A stretch of 64,000 nt of DNA, taken from Thaumarchaeota archaeon UBA223. GTDB taxonomy: Archaea; Thermoproteota; Nitrososphaeria; Nitrososphaerales; UBA57. The notes beneath the pieces are model-generated. The model saw only the letters and a program-made list of their open reading frames with translations. It did no database searches and was not told the origin of the DNA. Location: positions 1,008 to 65,007 of the forward strand of contig DAHJ01000022.1 of NCBI GenBank assembly GCA_002495905.1. Direction: 5' to 3'. Shown in pieces: positions 1-9,911 of this stretch. The position numbers and the translations under genes were made by a program. Position 1 is the first letter of the stretch. The number at the start of each line of letters is the position of its first letter.

Positions 1-1145
1 GAGGTTTTAGATAAAATTGAATTAATTTCTTCTACATTAGCATCTGTACGAAAACCAGTAGAGTGTAAAATAGTTTTTGAAGAAAGAAAGTTATTTTCTT
101 TTAATTTTGATAGAATAGTTTCAACCGGAAAGGATGAGATTTTAAGATTTTGAGATATAGTATCTGTGACATAATACAAAGGAGGTAAAGAAGATTCTGA
201 AATTGCATTTCTATATAATTTAACCAAATTTGAATCATCAGTATTATTAATAGCAATATTAAGAAAAGATTTATCGAAGATATCTCCAATCCATAGTGGG
301 CCTGCAATTTTGTTGTTTGAAGAACAAAGATTACAGGATAGAATAGGAAGTTCTGAAATAACACGGTTTTGACAGGTAGAACAATGTCCAATGAAACCAA
401 TTCTATTTTCAGTATCAGATATTGAATCAGTAATTTGAACATAAGCTTGAATATAGTGTTTATCAGTATGACAAAATAAAGGTTTGATTCCTAATTCATA
501 ATGAGATGATATTGAAGCTAAAGAAAATATTAAGATACGTAATGCTGTTTCGTTGAAGTATTCTGTATTGAGAGATAGACTTCCATATTTTCGTAGACAT
601 ACTTTTGGATACACGCCACAAAGAACAGCACCGTCAGTTGCAGTAAGAGATAGAACACCATTAATTTTTAACGCTCGAACAGCAGAATCAACATATTGAA
701 TAGGAGAACCAAATGGATCAAGGTCAATAAAATCAAATCGAACATCACGATTGGTAAAATTAGATAAAAATTTATGAGCTTCATTTATAGAAACTTCAGT
801 AGTGGAATCCAAATTGTTATGTGTAATAGATGTTTGTAATAATTCAGAAGCATTAATATTTGCATCATTAAAGTAGATTTTTTTAACATATTCTGATTCG
901 TTTGCAAGGCGGATTCCTGTTGCTCCAACACCCGACAATGTATCGGAAAAAGTAAGTTTATGTCCAGATTGAGATGCATGACTATTAAAAATTGAGATCA
1001 ATAAATCACGTTTGAATTTAGCCATAGTATTGAAAAAGACAGGTGTACGAGGAGGAGGAATTTGAGTGAGGCTGTTTTTTGGAACATAAAATTCAGTATT
1101 ACCTTCGAGGAATAACGTAGTTGAATCAATTAGGTTGGTGGACAT
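1..1145 (-). CDS. trm1: tRNA (guanine26-N2)-dimethyltransferase Trm1, C-terminus cut by the window edge
   Basis: Not in the ORF track because it runs off the left edge. My own minus-strand translation from the ATG at 1145 gives MSTNLIDSTTLFLEGNTEFYVPKN...RFDFIDLDPFGSPIQYVDSAVRALK...GHCSTCQNR...CNLCSS. The DLDPFGSP motif and the Cys cluster are Trm1 hallmarks. Track ORFs 101..442 and 785..979 are out-of-frame shadows. Confidence 0.85.
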   Translation of the reverse strand, partial: MSTNLIDSTTLFLEGNTEFYVPKNSLTQIPPPRTPVFFNTMAKFKRDLLISIFNSHASQSGHKLTFSDTLSGVGATGIRLANESEYVKKIYFNDANINASELLQTSITHNNLDSTTEVSINEAHKFLSNFTNRDVRFDFIDLDPFGSPIQYVDSAVRALKINGVLSLTATDGAVLCGVYPKVCLRKYGSLSLNTEYFNETALRILIFSLASISSHYELGIKPLFCHTDKHYIQAYVQITDSISDTENRIGFIGHCSTCQNRVISELPILSCNLCSSNNKIAGPLWIGDIFDKSFLNIAINNTDDSNLVKLYRNAISESSLPPLYYVTDTISQNLKISSFPVETILSKLKENNFLSSKTILHSTGFRTDANVEEINSILSKT

Positions 1146-1151
1146 GAATAA

Positions 1152-1454
1152 TCATTTAGAAGACTTTTTAGATTCGCCTTTAACGATAGTAAGCATTTTG
1201 GCTAAATCTTGAAGTACATTAGTTTTTTTATTTTTCTTATCAATAGATATGTATCCAGAATTAACAGAAGATCGTTTAGGATGTATAACTTCATGGCCGA
1301 CAGGATTAAGATTCAGGCGTTTTGCTGCTTCAAGAAGGTCAGATAAAACAGGATTTTTTATAGAGCGATTACGAGAAACACGTCTTCCTTGAGAACGTGA
1401 ATAAGATGAATTGAAATAATCCAACCATATTACTTGTTTTTCGTAGTCTTTCAT
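1152..1454 (-). CDS. srp19: signal recognition particle protein SRP19
   Basis: 100 aa. IWLDYFNSSYSRSQGRRVSR matches the SRP19 W-x-x-YFD...SR-x-x-GRRV core. Size and archaeal context fit. Confidence 0.85.
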   Translation of the reverse strand: MKDYEKQVIWLDYFNSSYSRSQGRRVSRNRSIKNPVLSDLLEAAKRLNLNPVGHEVIHPKRSSVNSGYISIDKKNKKTNVLQDLAKMLTIVKGESKKSSK

Positions 1455-1508
1455 AAGAAATTACACCAAGATGATTAAAGTATTGTAAGTAGAATATATA
1501 ATCAATAA

Positions 1509-1652
1509 TTAAGACTTAGATTGTTTACCTAAGTACCACCACATAAACCAAAAACCTAGTGATAACAATAAAACAACGATACCTATGCCCCAAGACACTA
1601 CTTCTTGAAGAAATGAATTAGAACCAACAAATACTTGCGCTAAAAATTTCAT
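1509..1652 (-). CDS. small (47 aa) single-pass membrane protein, hypothetical
   Basis: Own translation: MKFLAQVFVGSNSFLQEVVSWGIGIVVLLLSLGFWFMWWYLGKQSKS. It fills an otherwise empty gap between srp19 and rps8e on the same strand and has one clear TM helix. It is below the track's size cutoff. Confidence 0.35.
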   Translation of the reverse strand: MKFLAQVFVGSNSFLQEVVSWGIGIVVLLLSLGFWFMWWYLGKQSKS

Positions 1653-1667
1653 ATCATAAATCTCCAA

Positions 1668-2054
1668 TTATTCATTAATAAGTATTCCATCAATAATTCC
1701 TGATTGGCCAGGACGTGATAATACACGAACCTTACCAAGTTCAGTATCAAGAATTGCACCTCTAGTAATTACACCACGTCTTTCATAATCCCTATTAGAA
1801 GGATTCTTGAGAACACGAGTAATGGTAACTCTTTTGATAGTATTATTTGATTTATCAATTACATTAACAGAATTATCGGATACAAGAGATACTTTTACAT
1901 TACCGCCACGTGAGTTTTTAACACGAATAGAATGATCTCCTAACAAAGTATCAACGGAAAATGAGTCTTTTTCATCAGAACGTCGGCTACGAGTATGTTT
2001 GATACGACCGCCTGTATGTTTGCGTTTTCTGATATTTTCTAATGCTTTTACCAT
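1668..2054 (-). CDS. rps8e: 30S ribosomal protein S8e
   Basis: 128 aa. The basic N-terminus (KRKHTGGRIKHTRSRR) and ...RRGVITRGAILDTELGKVRVLSRPGQSGIIDG are typical of archaeal S8e. Confidence 0.9.
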   Translation of the reverse strand: MVKALENIRKRKHTGGRIKHTRSRRSDEKDSFSVDTLLGDHSIRVKNSRGGNVKVSLVSDNSVNVIDKSNNTIKRVTITRVLKNPSNRDYERRGVITRGAILDTELGKVRVLSRPGQSGIIDGILINE

Positions 2055-2089
2055 TTACATCATATTAGATATTTCAATCTTATATAATT

Positions 2090-2668
2090 TTATGGTTTAT
2101 TTGGAGAAGTCTGAATAACAGGGGCTTTTTTTGGTTTAAAACCGTATTTTATTAGTTGTTGTTTCAAGATAGCAGGATCATTAGCAATTCCAAAATATTC
2201 AGCAAGTCTACTTGTTGTGCTGAAAATCTTAGTACGTCCACTAGGTTCAGCTTTTATAAAGCCAAGTTGTTTAAGTGTCCTTACATGTTGATAAGAATTA
2301 GGTCCACGCCTATCGGCCAAATCTTTTCCAGAAATTGGTTGGAAATAAACGATAAAAGATAATGTTTTCAATTCTGCAGTAGATAACAATGGCCTTGAAG
2401 AGAATTTTCTAGCAGATGTGGTGAAATCAGATTTTAGTTGAATTACGAATCTTTCTCCTTCAAGTTCAAACATTTGTATTGCTTCAAATGTTGAATTTAT
2501 TTTTGACATAAGATTTCTAGCAATATTTGATGATTTGATAGTAGAAGTAATACCTGCAGCTTTAGCTAATTCAAATTTAGATAAGGGTCTTCCAGCAGCA
2601 TATAAAGCAGCTTCAATTTTTGCTTGAAGAAGTTTATCATTAGAGACAGAAGTGTTATAATCAGTCAT
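2090..2668 (-). CDS. scpB: segregation and condensation protein B (ScpB)
   Basis: 192 aa. IEAALYAAGRPLSKFELAKAAG is a winged-helix N-terminus typical of ScpB. It overlaps scpA by 4 nt and lies downstream of smc. Confidence 0.85.
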   Translation of the reverse strand: MTDYNTSVSNDKLLQAKIEAALYAAGRPLSKFELAKAAGITSTIKSSNIARNLMSKINSTFEAIQMFELEGERFVIQLKSDFTTSARKFSSRPLLSTAELKTLSFIVYFQPISGKDLADRRGPNSYQHVRTLKQLGFIKAEPSGRTKIFSTTSRLAEYFGIANDPAILKQQLIKYGFKPKKAPVIQTSPNKP

Positions 2669-3333
2669 TGCAATACACGTGTTATTATAATGTCAGATTC
2701 AAGAGAATCTGGAGATTCTAGTTGTTCCAAGCTAACTACATCATCTACTGCAACGAACAATAATAATAAGAATGATCTAGCTTTTTCTATGGCAGATTTA
2801 TCTTTGATAAGTTCGCTAAAGAGCATTTTGTCTTTATTAGATAATTTAGTAATAAGTTCAGTTTTAAATTCTTTTGCAAGTTCTTCAAATTTTACAACAT
2901 ATTTATCAAAATCAGGTTCTGAATCAGGAATAAGTTGAGATGATTTATCTTTTCTTTCAATATCTTGTCTAGAAACATCTTCAAGAATCTTTTCAAGATT
3001 TATGATTAGATCATCAATGGATGTAGAATATAATTCATAACGGAAAGGTAACACAATAATACTGGGTGGGCCATTTCGAGAAATACGAGGACGTTTGACT
3101 TTAAGCTTTTCAAAGTAAAACAGAGTCTCTACTTTAAATCGATATAATACAGCAGAAGAAAGAGCGGCAGTTCCACATAATCGTAAATCAGGATTATTTT
3201 TAGCAATTATTTGCTTCAGGAAGATATCAAGTAAGTCTGCAATGTCGATTTCCCAAGGTTTTCCTTTTCGGGCAGTTTTTGGATTAACTAGCAAGTTCAA
3301 TGGTGCTTTTGAGAGTTGGTTAGAATCTTTCAT
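2665..3333 (-). CDS. scpA: segregation and condensation protein A (ScpA, kleisin)
   Basis: 222 aa. The N-terminal GKPWEIDIADLLDIFL segment is kleisin-like. The gene sits between smc and scpB. Confidence 0.8.
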   Translation of the reverse strand: MKDSNQLSKAPLNLLVNPKTARKGKPWEIDIADLLDIFLKQIIAKNNPDLRLCGTAALSSAVLYRFKVETLFYFEKLKVKRPRISRNGPPSIIVLPFRYELYSTSIDDLIINLEKILEDVSRQDIERKDKSSQLIPDSEPDFDKYVVKFEELAKEFKTELITKLSNKDKMLFSELIKDKSAIEKARSFLLLLFVAVDDVVSLEQLESPDSLESDIIITRVLQ

Positions 3334-3340
3334 TCAAGCA

Positions 3341-6300
3341 TCAATCCTTTACTATATTTGAGATTTTCATTTCTTTAGGTTTATTTTCTTTAAGTCTGTG
3401 TTTAACAATTTTAGTGATACTTCGTTCATGATATACGCCGTACATATTGTCAACACGAGAAAGTATTGTATCTTTAAGAGTAATCATTATAACTTGAGAT
3501 TTGGAAGTTCTGTTTTCTAATATTTCAGCTAATTTAGTAGAATTAACAGCGTCAAGGGCGGCATCTATTTCATCAAAAACATAAAATGGAGCAGGTTTGA
3601 CACCTTGAATAGCAAGTATCAGACATAATGCAGCAATGGTTTTTTCTCCTCCACTACAGATTACAATGTCTCGTGGAACTTTGTTTGGGAATGTAGCCAT
3701 AAGTGTAACTCCTGCACTAAAAATTTCATCAGGATTATCTAATTCAAGCCAAGCATCTCCATGCAAGAGTCTGCCCGGTGGACAATTCTCATGTTTACAA
3801 ACTCCATCGTCACGCGTAGTAAGTTGTGCAAAAATACTTCTAAATTCTTTATCAATTTTTTGGTACGCATCAAGAAATGCATCACGTTTTTCTGAATCAA
3901 TTCCTTCAATAAATTCTACAATAGCAATTCTTTCTTTTTGTAGTTGATTCTTTCTTTCAGAAAATCCTTTATAACCAAAATAAATATCACGATATTGTTC
4001 GTCAGCTAGAAGATTAACACGTGTTCGCAGATAATTATATTCTTTATCAAGTTCAAGAAGAAGATTTTCGGCACCTGAAAAGTATTCCATTATTTTATTT
4101 CTACCTAATTCATTAAGATTATTTTTATAAGTGTTGATAGAATCAGATAAACGAGAAGTATTGTTTTCAGTATTTTGTGATTTTGAAGTATTTTCCATTA
4201 TGCGTTTTTGAATTGATTCTTTATTTTTAGTATGAGATTTTATTTCTTTATCAAGAGCATCAAGTATTGGCTTCATTTTTCTTGATTCATCAGACAATAG
4301 TTTTTCTTGATCGGTAAGAGATTCAACATTAGTTTTAAGATCTGCAAGTATCTGGTCACTAGTATTAAGAAATTCATTTTTATCTTTTAGTTCTTGTTCC
4401 AATGTAGTAATTTCTTGAGTAAGTTGTAATTTTTGATTTTTTAGATTGTGTTCAAGATTACCGCGTTCTTTAGTGACTGTAGATTCATTATTACGAATTG
4501 TTTCAGATAATTCATCAATACTAGTAGATAATCGAGTCTTTTCATCGTCAAGAGAGTTCAATTTATTTTTTTGTGAGTCTAATGAGGATTGAGAATCAAC
4601 TTTAGTCTTTTGTTCCTTAATGAGATTATCAACCTCCAGAAGATTATTTTCTTGAGTTATAATGATGGAAGAAACAGTTGAGAGTTGATTATTAAGATGA
4701 TTAACAGTTTTAGTAGTTTTTTCAATTACTTTTAGATAACGATCTTTCATATTTTGGAGATTTTTTAGTTCTGAAGTTACTTTTGTAATACCTAAATTTT
4801 GTGTTTGTTGATCAGATTCCATTTCTTTGACTTTAGAATTAAGATTTGTTATTACTGATTTACGTTTTTGAATAGAGTCTCTAAGATTATTAACACTAGA
4901 TTTAATTTGAGAAAGTGATTTAGAGTCAAAAAAGAGATTAGCGAGTGGAGAAATACTACCAGTTTCAAATACTGAACCTCCTGGTTCAAATAAATCACCA
5001 GAAATACTAACAGTTCGATATCCTTTTTGAGATAATATGTATCCTGCCTTAGCGGAAGAAACTAGAAGTGTATCGCCAAAAATGAAATTTTTAATTCCTA
5101 GATATTTAGGGTCGACTTTGATAAAATCAGCTAATGATCCAAGAACATCTTTATTTTTAGGAGTTTTAGCCTTTTCAAAATCTGCAACGTCAGAAAGAGG
5201 AATTAATGCAACACGTCCAAGTTTGTGTTTTTTGATTAATGTAACCACTTTAAAAAGAGATGGCATATCTTCAACGAAAACGGCATTAGACCAGCGTTTT
5301 GAAGCAGCCTCTAGAGCTGTTTTATATTTATCAGAATAATTAAAAAGATCTTTAGTGCCACCAAGATAACCAGTAACTGAATTTTCATCGACAATAGATT
5401 TGATTTTAGTCTGTACGTTTTGTTTGGATGTTATTTCTTTAGCTGCTTCAACTTTTGATTCATGCTTAATGACTTGTTGATTAGCCTTAGTTAGAATATC
5501 AACAGCTTTTGATAATTCAGATTCAATTTGTGCTCGTCGAGTGGCAAGTTTAGAATTAGAGTCGTGTAAATAAGAAAGAGATTCTTCTTGATTAGACTTT
5601 AAAGACTCCAATTTAGAAATAGAATTAGATATCAAATTAATGACGGTTTCTGTTTCAATCTTCTTTTTCTGATTATTTGAGATTTTTTCAGTCAGAATTA
5701 ATTTCTTTGCATTTGAATCAGAGAGTAATTTATTAAGTTTATTTTTTTTATCAAATGAAGTACGTAATTGTTGATTTATATTTGATAATAGTTTTTCTTC
5801 TTCAATTATAGAATATCGAAGTTTGTTTCTTTGTGAATCACAATCTTTCATATTATTGTTTAATTTGTCAAGATCATTTTGATCTCTAGTAAGAGTTTCC
5901 GTGAGTGTATTAATTGTAACTTCAGATTGATTAGCAGTTTTAACATTTTCAGAAAGCATTTCATTAAGATATGGTAAAGAATCGTTAATTTTCTTTGTAG
6001 CAGTTGTGTATTCTTCAATCTGATTTTTTAGTTTAATGAGTTGATCCTTTTTAGTTGAAAGATTAATTTGAACGTCTAATAGTTCATCAGATGCACCTCC
6101 AATTGCTTGAGATAGAGTTGTTTGTTTTTTAGTTTCCACGTCTTTAATTTGTTGATTGATTGAGTTTAATTCTTCATCAAGTTTTATTTTTTCATTTGAT
6201 AGTTGAATAATTAATTGATTATTAGTTTCAATTGATGTTTTTGTATCTTCAAGTTTTTGATTAATGATAGAAGATTTAATATTATTTCGTTCGTTTTCTA

Positions 6301-6955
6301 AATAATGTAAACGTAACTGATCATTTCTTTCTCCTTCTAAAGAATCAATTTTTTTCTTGACTTCTCCAATTTTTGCCATTGCAACTTCAAGTTTTCTATC
6401 AGCAATATCAAGTTGTTTTAACGCATCCTCCTTTTTTTCATCGAATTGAGCAACACCTACAACTTCCTCAATTAAGATACGTTTTTCATCTGAATCTTTA
6501 TCAGCTATACTTGTGACCATTCCCTGAGGAACGAAATTTAGTCCGTCAGAATTAATTAAAGCTAAACGTAATAACTCCGATAAGGTGCTTTTTTGTATTT
6601 TCTTACCATTTAATAGGTAGACACTATCTCCTCCTGAACGAATTTCGCGTGTTAAAGTTACACGATCATTATCAACTGAGATTTCACGGTCGGTATTATC
6701 AAGAGTAATTGTGACTCGAGCAGACGTAGAAGGGTTTTGGCCAGCTCCATCAAAGATTAGACCACTAAGTTTTGGAACACGCATCATCCGAGGTCGATTT
6801 TCGCCTATTGCGAAAAGAATTGCATCTATAATATTACTTTTACCAGATCCGTTTGGGCCAGTAATTCCAATGAATTGACCTTCAAAATTCACAGTAACAG
6901 GTCTGGAGCCAAATGATTTGAAACCTCTAGTTTCGACTTTTTTAATATATACCAT
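3341..6955 (-). CDS. smc: chromosome segregation ATPase SMC
   Basis: 1204 aa. Walker A GPNGSGKSN, ABC signature SGGEKTIAAL and Walker B FYVFDEIDAALD are present. Two long heptad-rich arms flank a central hinge, and ScpA/ScpB lie immediately downstream. Confidence 0.95.
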   Translation of the reverse strand: MVYIKKVETRGFKSFGSRPVTVNFEGQFIGITGPNGSGKSNIIDAILFAIGENRPRMMRVPKLSGLIFDGAGQNPSTSARVTITLDNTDREISVDNDRVTLTREIRSGGDSVYLLNGKKIQKSTLSELLRLALINSDGLNFVPQGMVTSIADKDSDEKRILIEEVVGVAQFDEKKEDALKQLDIADRKLEVAMAKIGEVKKKIDSLEGERNDQLRLHYLENERNNIKSSIINQKLEDTKTSIETNNQLIIQLSNEKIKLDEELNSINQQIKDVETKKQTTLSQAIGGASDELLDVQINLSTKKDQLIKLKNQIEEYTTATKKINDSLPYLNEMLSENVKTANQSEVTINTLTETLTRDQNDLDKLNNNMKDCDSQRNKLRYSIIEEEKLLSNINQQLRTSFDKKNKLNKLLSDSNAKKLILTEKISNNQKKKIETETVINLISNSISKLESLKSNQEESLSYLHDSNSKLATRRAQIESELSKAVDILTKANQQVIKHESKVEAAKEITSKQNVQTKIKSIVDENSVTGYLGGTKDLFNYSDKYKTALEAASKRWSNAVFVEDMPSLFKVVTLIKKHKLGRVALIPLSDVADFEKAKTPKNKDVLGSLADFIKVDPKYLGIKNFIFGDTLLVSSAKAGYILSQKGYRTVSISGDLFEPGGSVFETGSISPLANLFFDSKSLSQIKSSVNNLRDSIQKRKSVITNLNSKVKEMESDQQTQNLGITKVTSELKNLQNMKDRYLKVIEKTTKTVNHLNNQLSTVSSIIITQENNLLEVDNLIKEQKTKVDSQSSLDSQKNKLNSLDDEKTRLSTSIDELSETIRNNESTVTKERGNLEHNLKNQKLQLTQEITTLEQELKDKNEFLNTSDQILADLKTNVESLTDQEKLLSDESRKMKPILDALDKEIKSHTKNKESIQKRIMENTSKSQNTENNTSRLSDSINTYKNNLNELGRNKIMEYFSGAENLLLELDKEYNYLRTRVNLLADEQYRDIYFGYKGFSERKNQLQKERIAIVEFIEGIDSEKRDAFLDAYQKIDKEFRSIFAQLTTRDDGVCKHENCPPGRLLHGDAWLELDNPDEIFSAGVTLMATFPNKVPRDIVICSGGEKTIAALCLILAIQGVKPAPFYVFDEIDAALDAVNSTKLAEILENRTSKSQVIMITLKDTILSRVDNMYGVYHERSITKIVKHRLKENKPKEMKISNIVKD

Positions 6956-7100
6956 TTACATCAGTCGGATTAACACTACAATGTGTGCTAATATTTTTAC
7001 AAATATTTCATATATAAATCCGGACAATGAAATAATGTTTACTGAATAGAAAAGAGATTGAATTATTTTCTATAATATTGAATAATTTAGGAATAAAAAG

Positions 7101-8267
7101 TTACTTAGAATGATTTTTTATGAGGATTTTGAGATCTTTAAGAAAATTATCAACATGTTTACGATTTATGTGTGGCATTGAGACAAATCGAATATGCGTT
7201 GGGAATATAGATATAGACCAACCTTTTTGTCGAAGAGCTTTAACAATTAATCTATGATTATAATTAATCTTGAATCCAACAATATTTAGAGTAGGTTTGT
7301 TGATTATTGTGATGTTGGGTATTTTTAATAATTCATTATAAAGATAATTCGTATTATTCATACAACGAACAGCAGTTTTACGATAACCAAGTTGACCATG
7401 AAAGTTTAGAAGAGTCCAAAGAGAAATAATTGATGCGCCAGGACTTGTACCAAGTAAAGTAGGTCGAGGTTCATTTCCTCCAGATAAATAACCAACATTA
7501 ATTTTTATATCGCGGATTAAATTTTTATTGCGAAAGAGAATACAACTTGATGGAATAGGAGCAGAACCCATTTTATGTGAATCAAGGCTGATGGAAGTGA
7601 CTCCAGGGAATTTGAAAGAATAAAGAGGTAAATCATAATTACTGTCTTTAAGAAAAGGAATAATAAAACCACCAAAAGAAGCGTCAATATGAAGTAATAT
7701 AGAATTATCACGTGCAATATCAGATAATTCAGGAATAGGATCAATCAATCCAAGTGGAGTAGTACCAGCCACGCCAACAATCATTATAGTATTTTGATTT
7801 ATTCGTTTTTCAAGAGAATTACAGTCAACAATACCATCAAGACAGGGTATTTTTACCAATTTAATACCAAGAAGATCAGCAGCTTTGTCAAAAGAATGAT
7901 GAGAATGGGATGGAATTAATACTTCTGGATGTTTTTGATTGGAATAATTACGAGCAGACCACATAGACATAATATTTGCTTCAGTACCGCCAGAAACAAC
8001 AAATCCACTACAACGGGGATAGAAAAGTAATTTTCCAAGTTGATGAATTATTTGTTTTTCAAGCAATAGAGTTCCTTTGAATAAACCTGGATCACCGATA
8101 TTTTTTTCAAGAAATTTAGAATAAATATATTTAGAATAAGAATCAGGTTCAGTACACATAGAACCAATAATTTTGCCTGAAGTAAAGGTTTCGTCAAGAG
8201 ATAATAAAGAATTTAATTTTTTAGATATTTCATTTTTAGTGAGGCCATATTCATTCATTAACATCAC
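7101..8267 (-). CDS. mfnA: PLP-dependent group II decarboxylase (MfnA-like), probably the aspartate decarboxylase making beta-alanine for CoA
   Basis: 388 aa. The PLP-lysine motif is SLDSHKMG. SGGTEANI and the overall pattern match the archaeal tyrosine/aspartate decarboxylase family. It is the last gene of the PoK-PPS-panB string. Confidence 0.8.
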   Translation of the reverse strand: MMLMNEYGLTKNEISKKLNSLLSLDETFTSGKIIGSMCTEPDSYSKYIYSKFLEKNIGDPGLFKGTLLLEKQIIHQLGKLLFYPRCSGFVVSGGTEANIMSMWSARNYSNQKHPEVLIPSHSHHSFDKAADLLGIKLVKIPCLDGIVDCNSLEKRINQNTIMIVGVAGTTPLGLIDPIPELSDIARDNSILLHIDASFGGFIIPFLKDSNYDLPLYSFKFPGVTSISLDSHKMGSAPIPSSCILFRNKNLIRDIKINVGYLSGGNEPRPTLLGTSPGASIISLWTLLNFHGQLGYRKTAVRCMNNTNYLYNELLKIPNITIINKPTLNIVGFKINYNHRLIVKALRQKGWSISIFPTHIRFVSMPHINRKHVDNFLKDLKILIKNHSK

Positions 8268-8272
8268 ATGAA

Positions 8273-9136
8273 TTATAATTTATTTTTTTTAATTAGGCCA
8301 AGATATTTTTGTAGTTTTTTGAGTTCGGATGATTCCATAGACCAAGAATGAGAAGAAGTAGGAAAATTATTTGTGTTAATATCATCTTTATAATCACTAA
8401 GGGCATTCTGAGTTTGTGTCTTTAAGTCGGCATATTGCTTAACAAATTTAGGATTTAATGAATCATTAAGATTTAGTAAGTCATGTAAAACAATAATTTG
8501 ACCATCACAATAACGACCAGAACCAATACCAATAGTAGGAATAGTTAGAGATTCAGAAATGATTTTTGATACTTCTTCGGTGATCATTTCAAGAACAATG
8601 CAGAAAGCTCCAGCTTGTTCAAGTTCATGTGCGTCTTCTATCAATTGTTTTGCTGAAGAATAACTAGATCCATGAACTTTGTATCCATCCCAAGATTGTG
8701 CCATTTGTGGTTGTAAACCAATATGACCCATAACAGGTATACCTGCTTTTGTTATTGCACGAATTGTTTTTGCAAGATGTCTATCTCCTTCAATTTTAAC
8801 GGCTTGCATGCCTCCTTCTTTTATAAAACGACCTGCGTTACGAATAGCATCGTCAACAGATGCATGATAAGACATGAAAGGCATATCCCCAACGAGAAGT
8901 GAGTTAGTAGCTCCACGTGAAACTGCTTTAGACATAAGGAGCATTTCTTCCATAGTAGCAGGAGAAGTGGTTTCATATCCAAACATTACCATTGCTCCTG
9001 AATCCCCAACAAGAATTACATCAATTTCAGAGTCATTCGCAATTTTCGCAAATGAATAATCATAGGCAGTAATTGCAGAGATTTTCTGAGAATTTGCTTT
9101 CATATTGGATAATTTTTGGACATTCAACAGCAACAC
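8273..9136 (-). CDS. panB: 3-methyl-2-oxobutanoate hydroxymethyltransferase (ketopantoate hydroxymethyltransferase)
   Basis: 287 aa. KISAITAYDY, VGDSGAMV and AVKIEGD motifs are present. The start at 9136 is GTG. Confidence 0.9.
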   Translation of the reverse strand: MLLLNVQKLSNMKANSQKISAITAYDYSFAKIANDSEIDVILVGDSGAMVMFGYETTSPATMEEMLLMSKAVSRGATNSLLVGDMPFMSYHASVDDAIRNAGRFIKEGGMQAVKIEGDRHLAKTIRAITKAGIPVMGHIGLQPQMAQSWDGYKVHGSSYSSAKQLIEDAHELEQAGAFCIVLEMITEEVSKIISESLTIPTIGIGSGRYCDGQIIVLHDLLNLNDSLNPKFVKQYADLKTQTQNALSDYKDDINTNNFPTSSHSWSMESSELKKLQKYLGLIKKNKL

Positions 9137-9149
9137 CTGTAATTAAGTA

Positions 9150-9911
9150 TTAAGTAGACAAATCTATTAATCTTTTAGACATGAATCGTAGTATTAATTG
9201 TAATTGTTTTTGATTATTGAATTTGTTTACTATTTTTTGAAGGTCGTCGAGTGAAAGATTTGACATATTTTCTGATTGATTAACCATTTCAGGAATGACA
9301 CGAATTATATTATCAATAATACTAATATCAGACATAATTGAAGTACGAGATAGTGGATTTAAATCAACAGTAATTACTGTTTTATTCATTTTTTTCAAGA
9401 ATTCAGTTCTATCGCCATCTTCTAATGGAACAAAAATTACATCGGCAGAAAATATTCCTCTTTTATCAATAAATTTTCGATCACTTTTTAGATTAGGAAT
9501 CTGAGTAAGAAATTTTTTATTTATACCATAAATATCCATAGCGCCATGATTTTTCAATAATTGAGAAATCTTCTTTGCCCTAGTTGAACTTTTATGGAAT
9601 AGATTGATTTCAATTTTTGAATTAGTTAATTTAGCTAAATTAACTAATTCTTTAGAACATAAAGCAGCAGAATTTCCATTAACAGAAATTACAGAATTAG
9701 ATAATAGTAACAATGCAGTTGCAACCCGAATTGTTTTGAGTGAAATTTTATTGGTAGTTTCTCCTAAGATATAATCAAATGCTTCACCACGGCCATGGGC
9801 AATTAAACCGTATTGAGAAAGGATACCAGAGTCGTAAGAATCAATCATCGTATTTCTAATCTTAAGTGAATGGGCACGAGGATGATCTTTAGGAATATTA
9901 TGTTTAGTCAA
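9150..9911 (-). CDS. 4-phosphopantoate--beta-alanine ligase (archaeal phosphopantothenate synthetase, PPS)
   Basis: IPKDHPRAHSL... and HGRGEAFDYILGE are family hallmarks. The track ORF extends to 10037 with a hydrophobic, low-complexity N-terminus overlapping the upstream gene. I place the start at the TTG at 9911, which overlaps the PoK stop (ATTGACTAA). Confidence 0.8.
   Translation of the reverse strand: MTKHNIPKDHPRAHSLKIRNTMIDSYDSGILSQYGLIAHGRGEAFDYILGETTNKISLKTIRVATALLLLSNSVISVNGNSAALCSKELVNLAKLTNSKIEINLFHKSSTRAKKISQLLKNHGAMDIYGINKKFLTQIPNLKSDRKFIDKRGIFSADVIFVPLEDGDRTEFLKKMNKTVITVDLNPLSRTSIMSDISIIDNIIRVIPEMVNQSENMSNLSLDDLQKIVNKFNNQKQLQLILRFMSKRLIDLST

Noticed and set aside
101-979. Track ORFs 101..442(-) and 785..979(-), considered as genes.
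   Set aside because: Both are out of frame with a continuous 381-codon Trm1 reading frame on the same strand that carries clear family motifs. Their translations are Leu/Ile/Phe-rich nonsense.
3341-6955. The 1204-aa coiled-coil ATPase as Rad50 rather than SMC.
   Set aside because: There is no central CxxC zinc hook and no Mre11 neighbour. A globular hinge region is present, and ScpA and ScpB are encoded immediately downstream.
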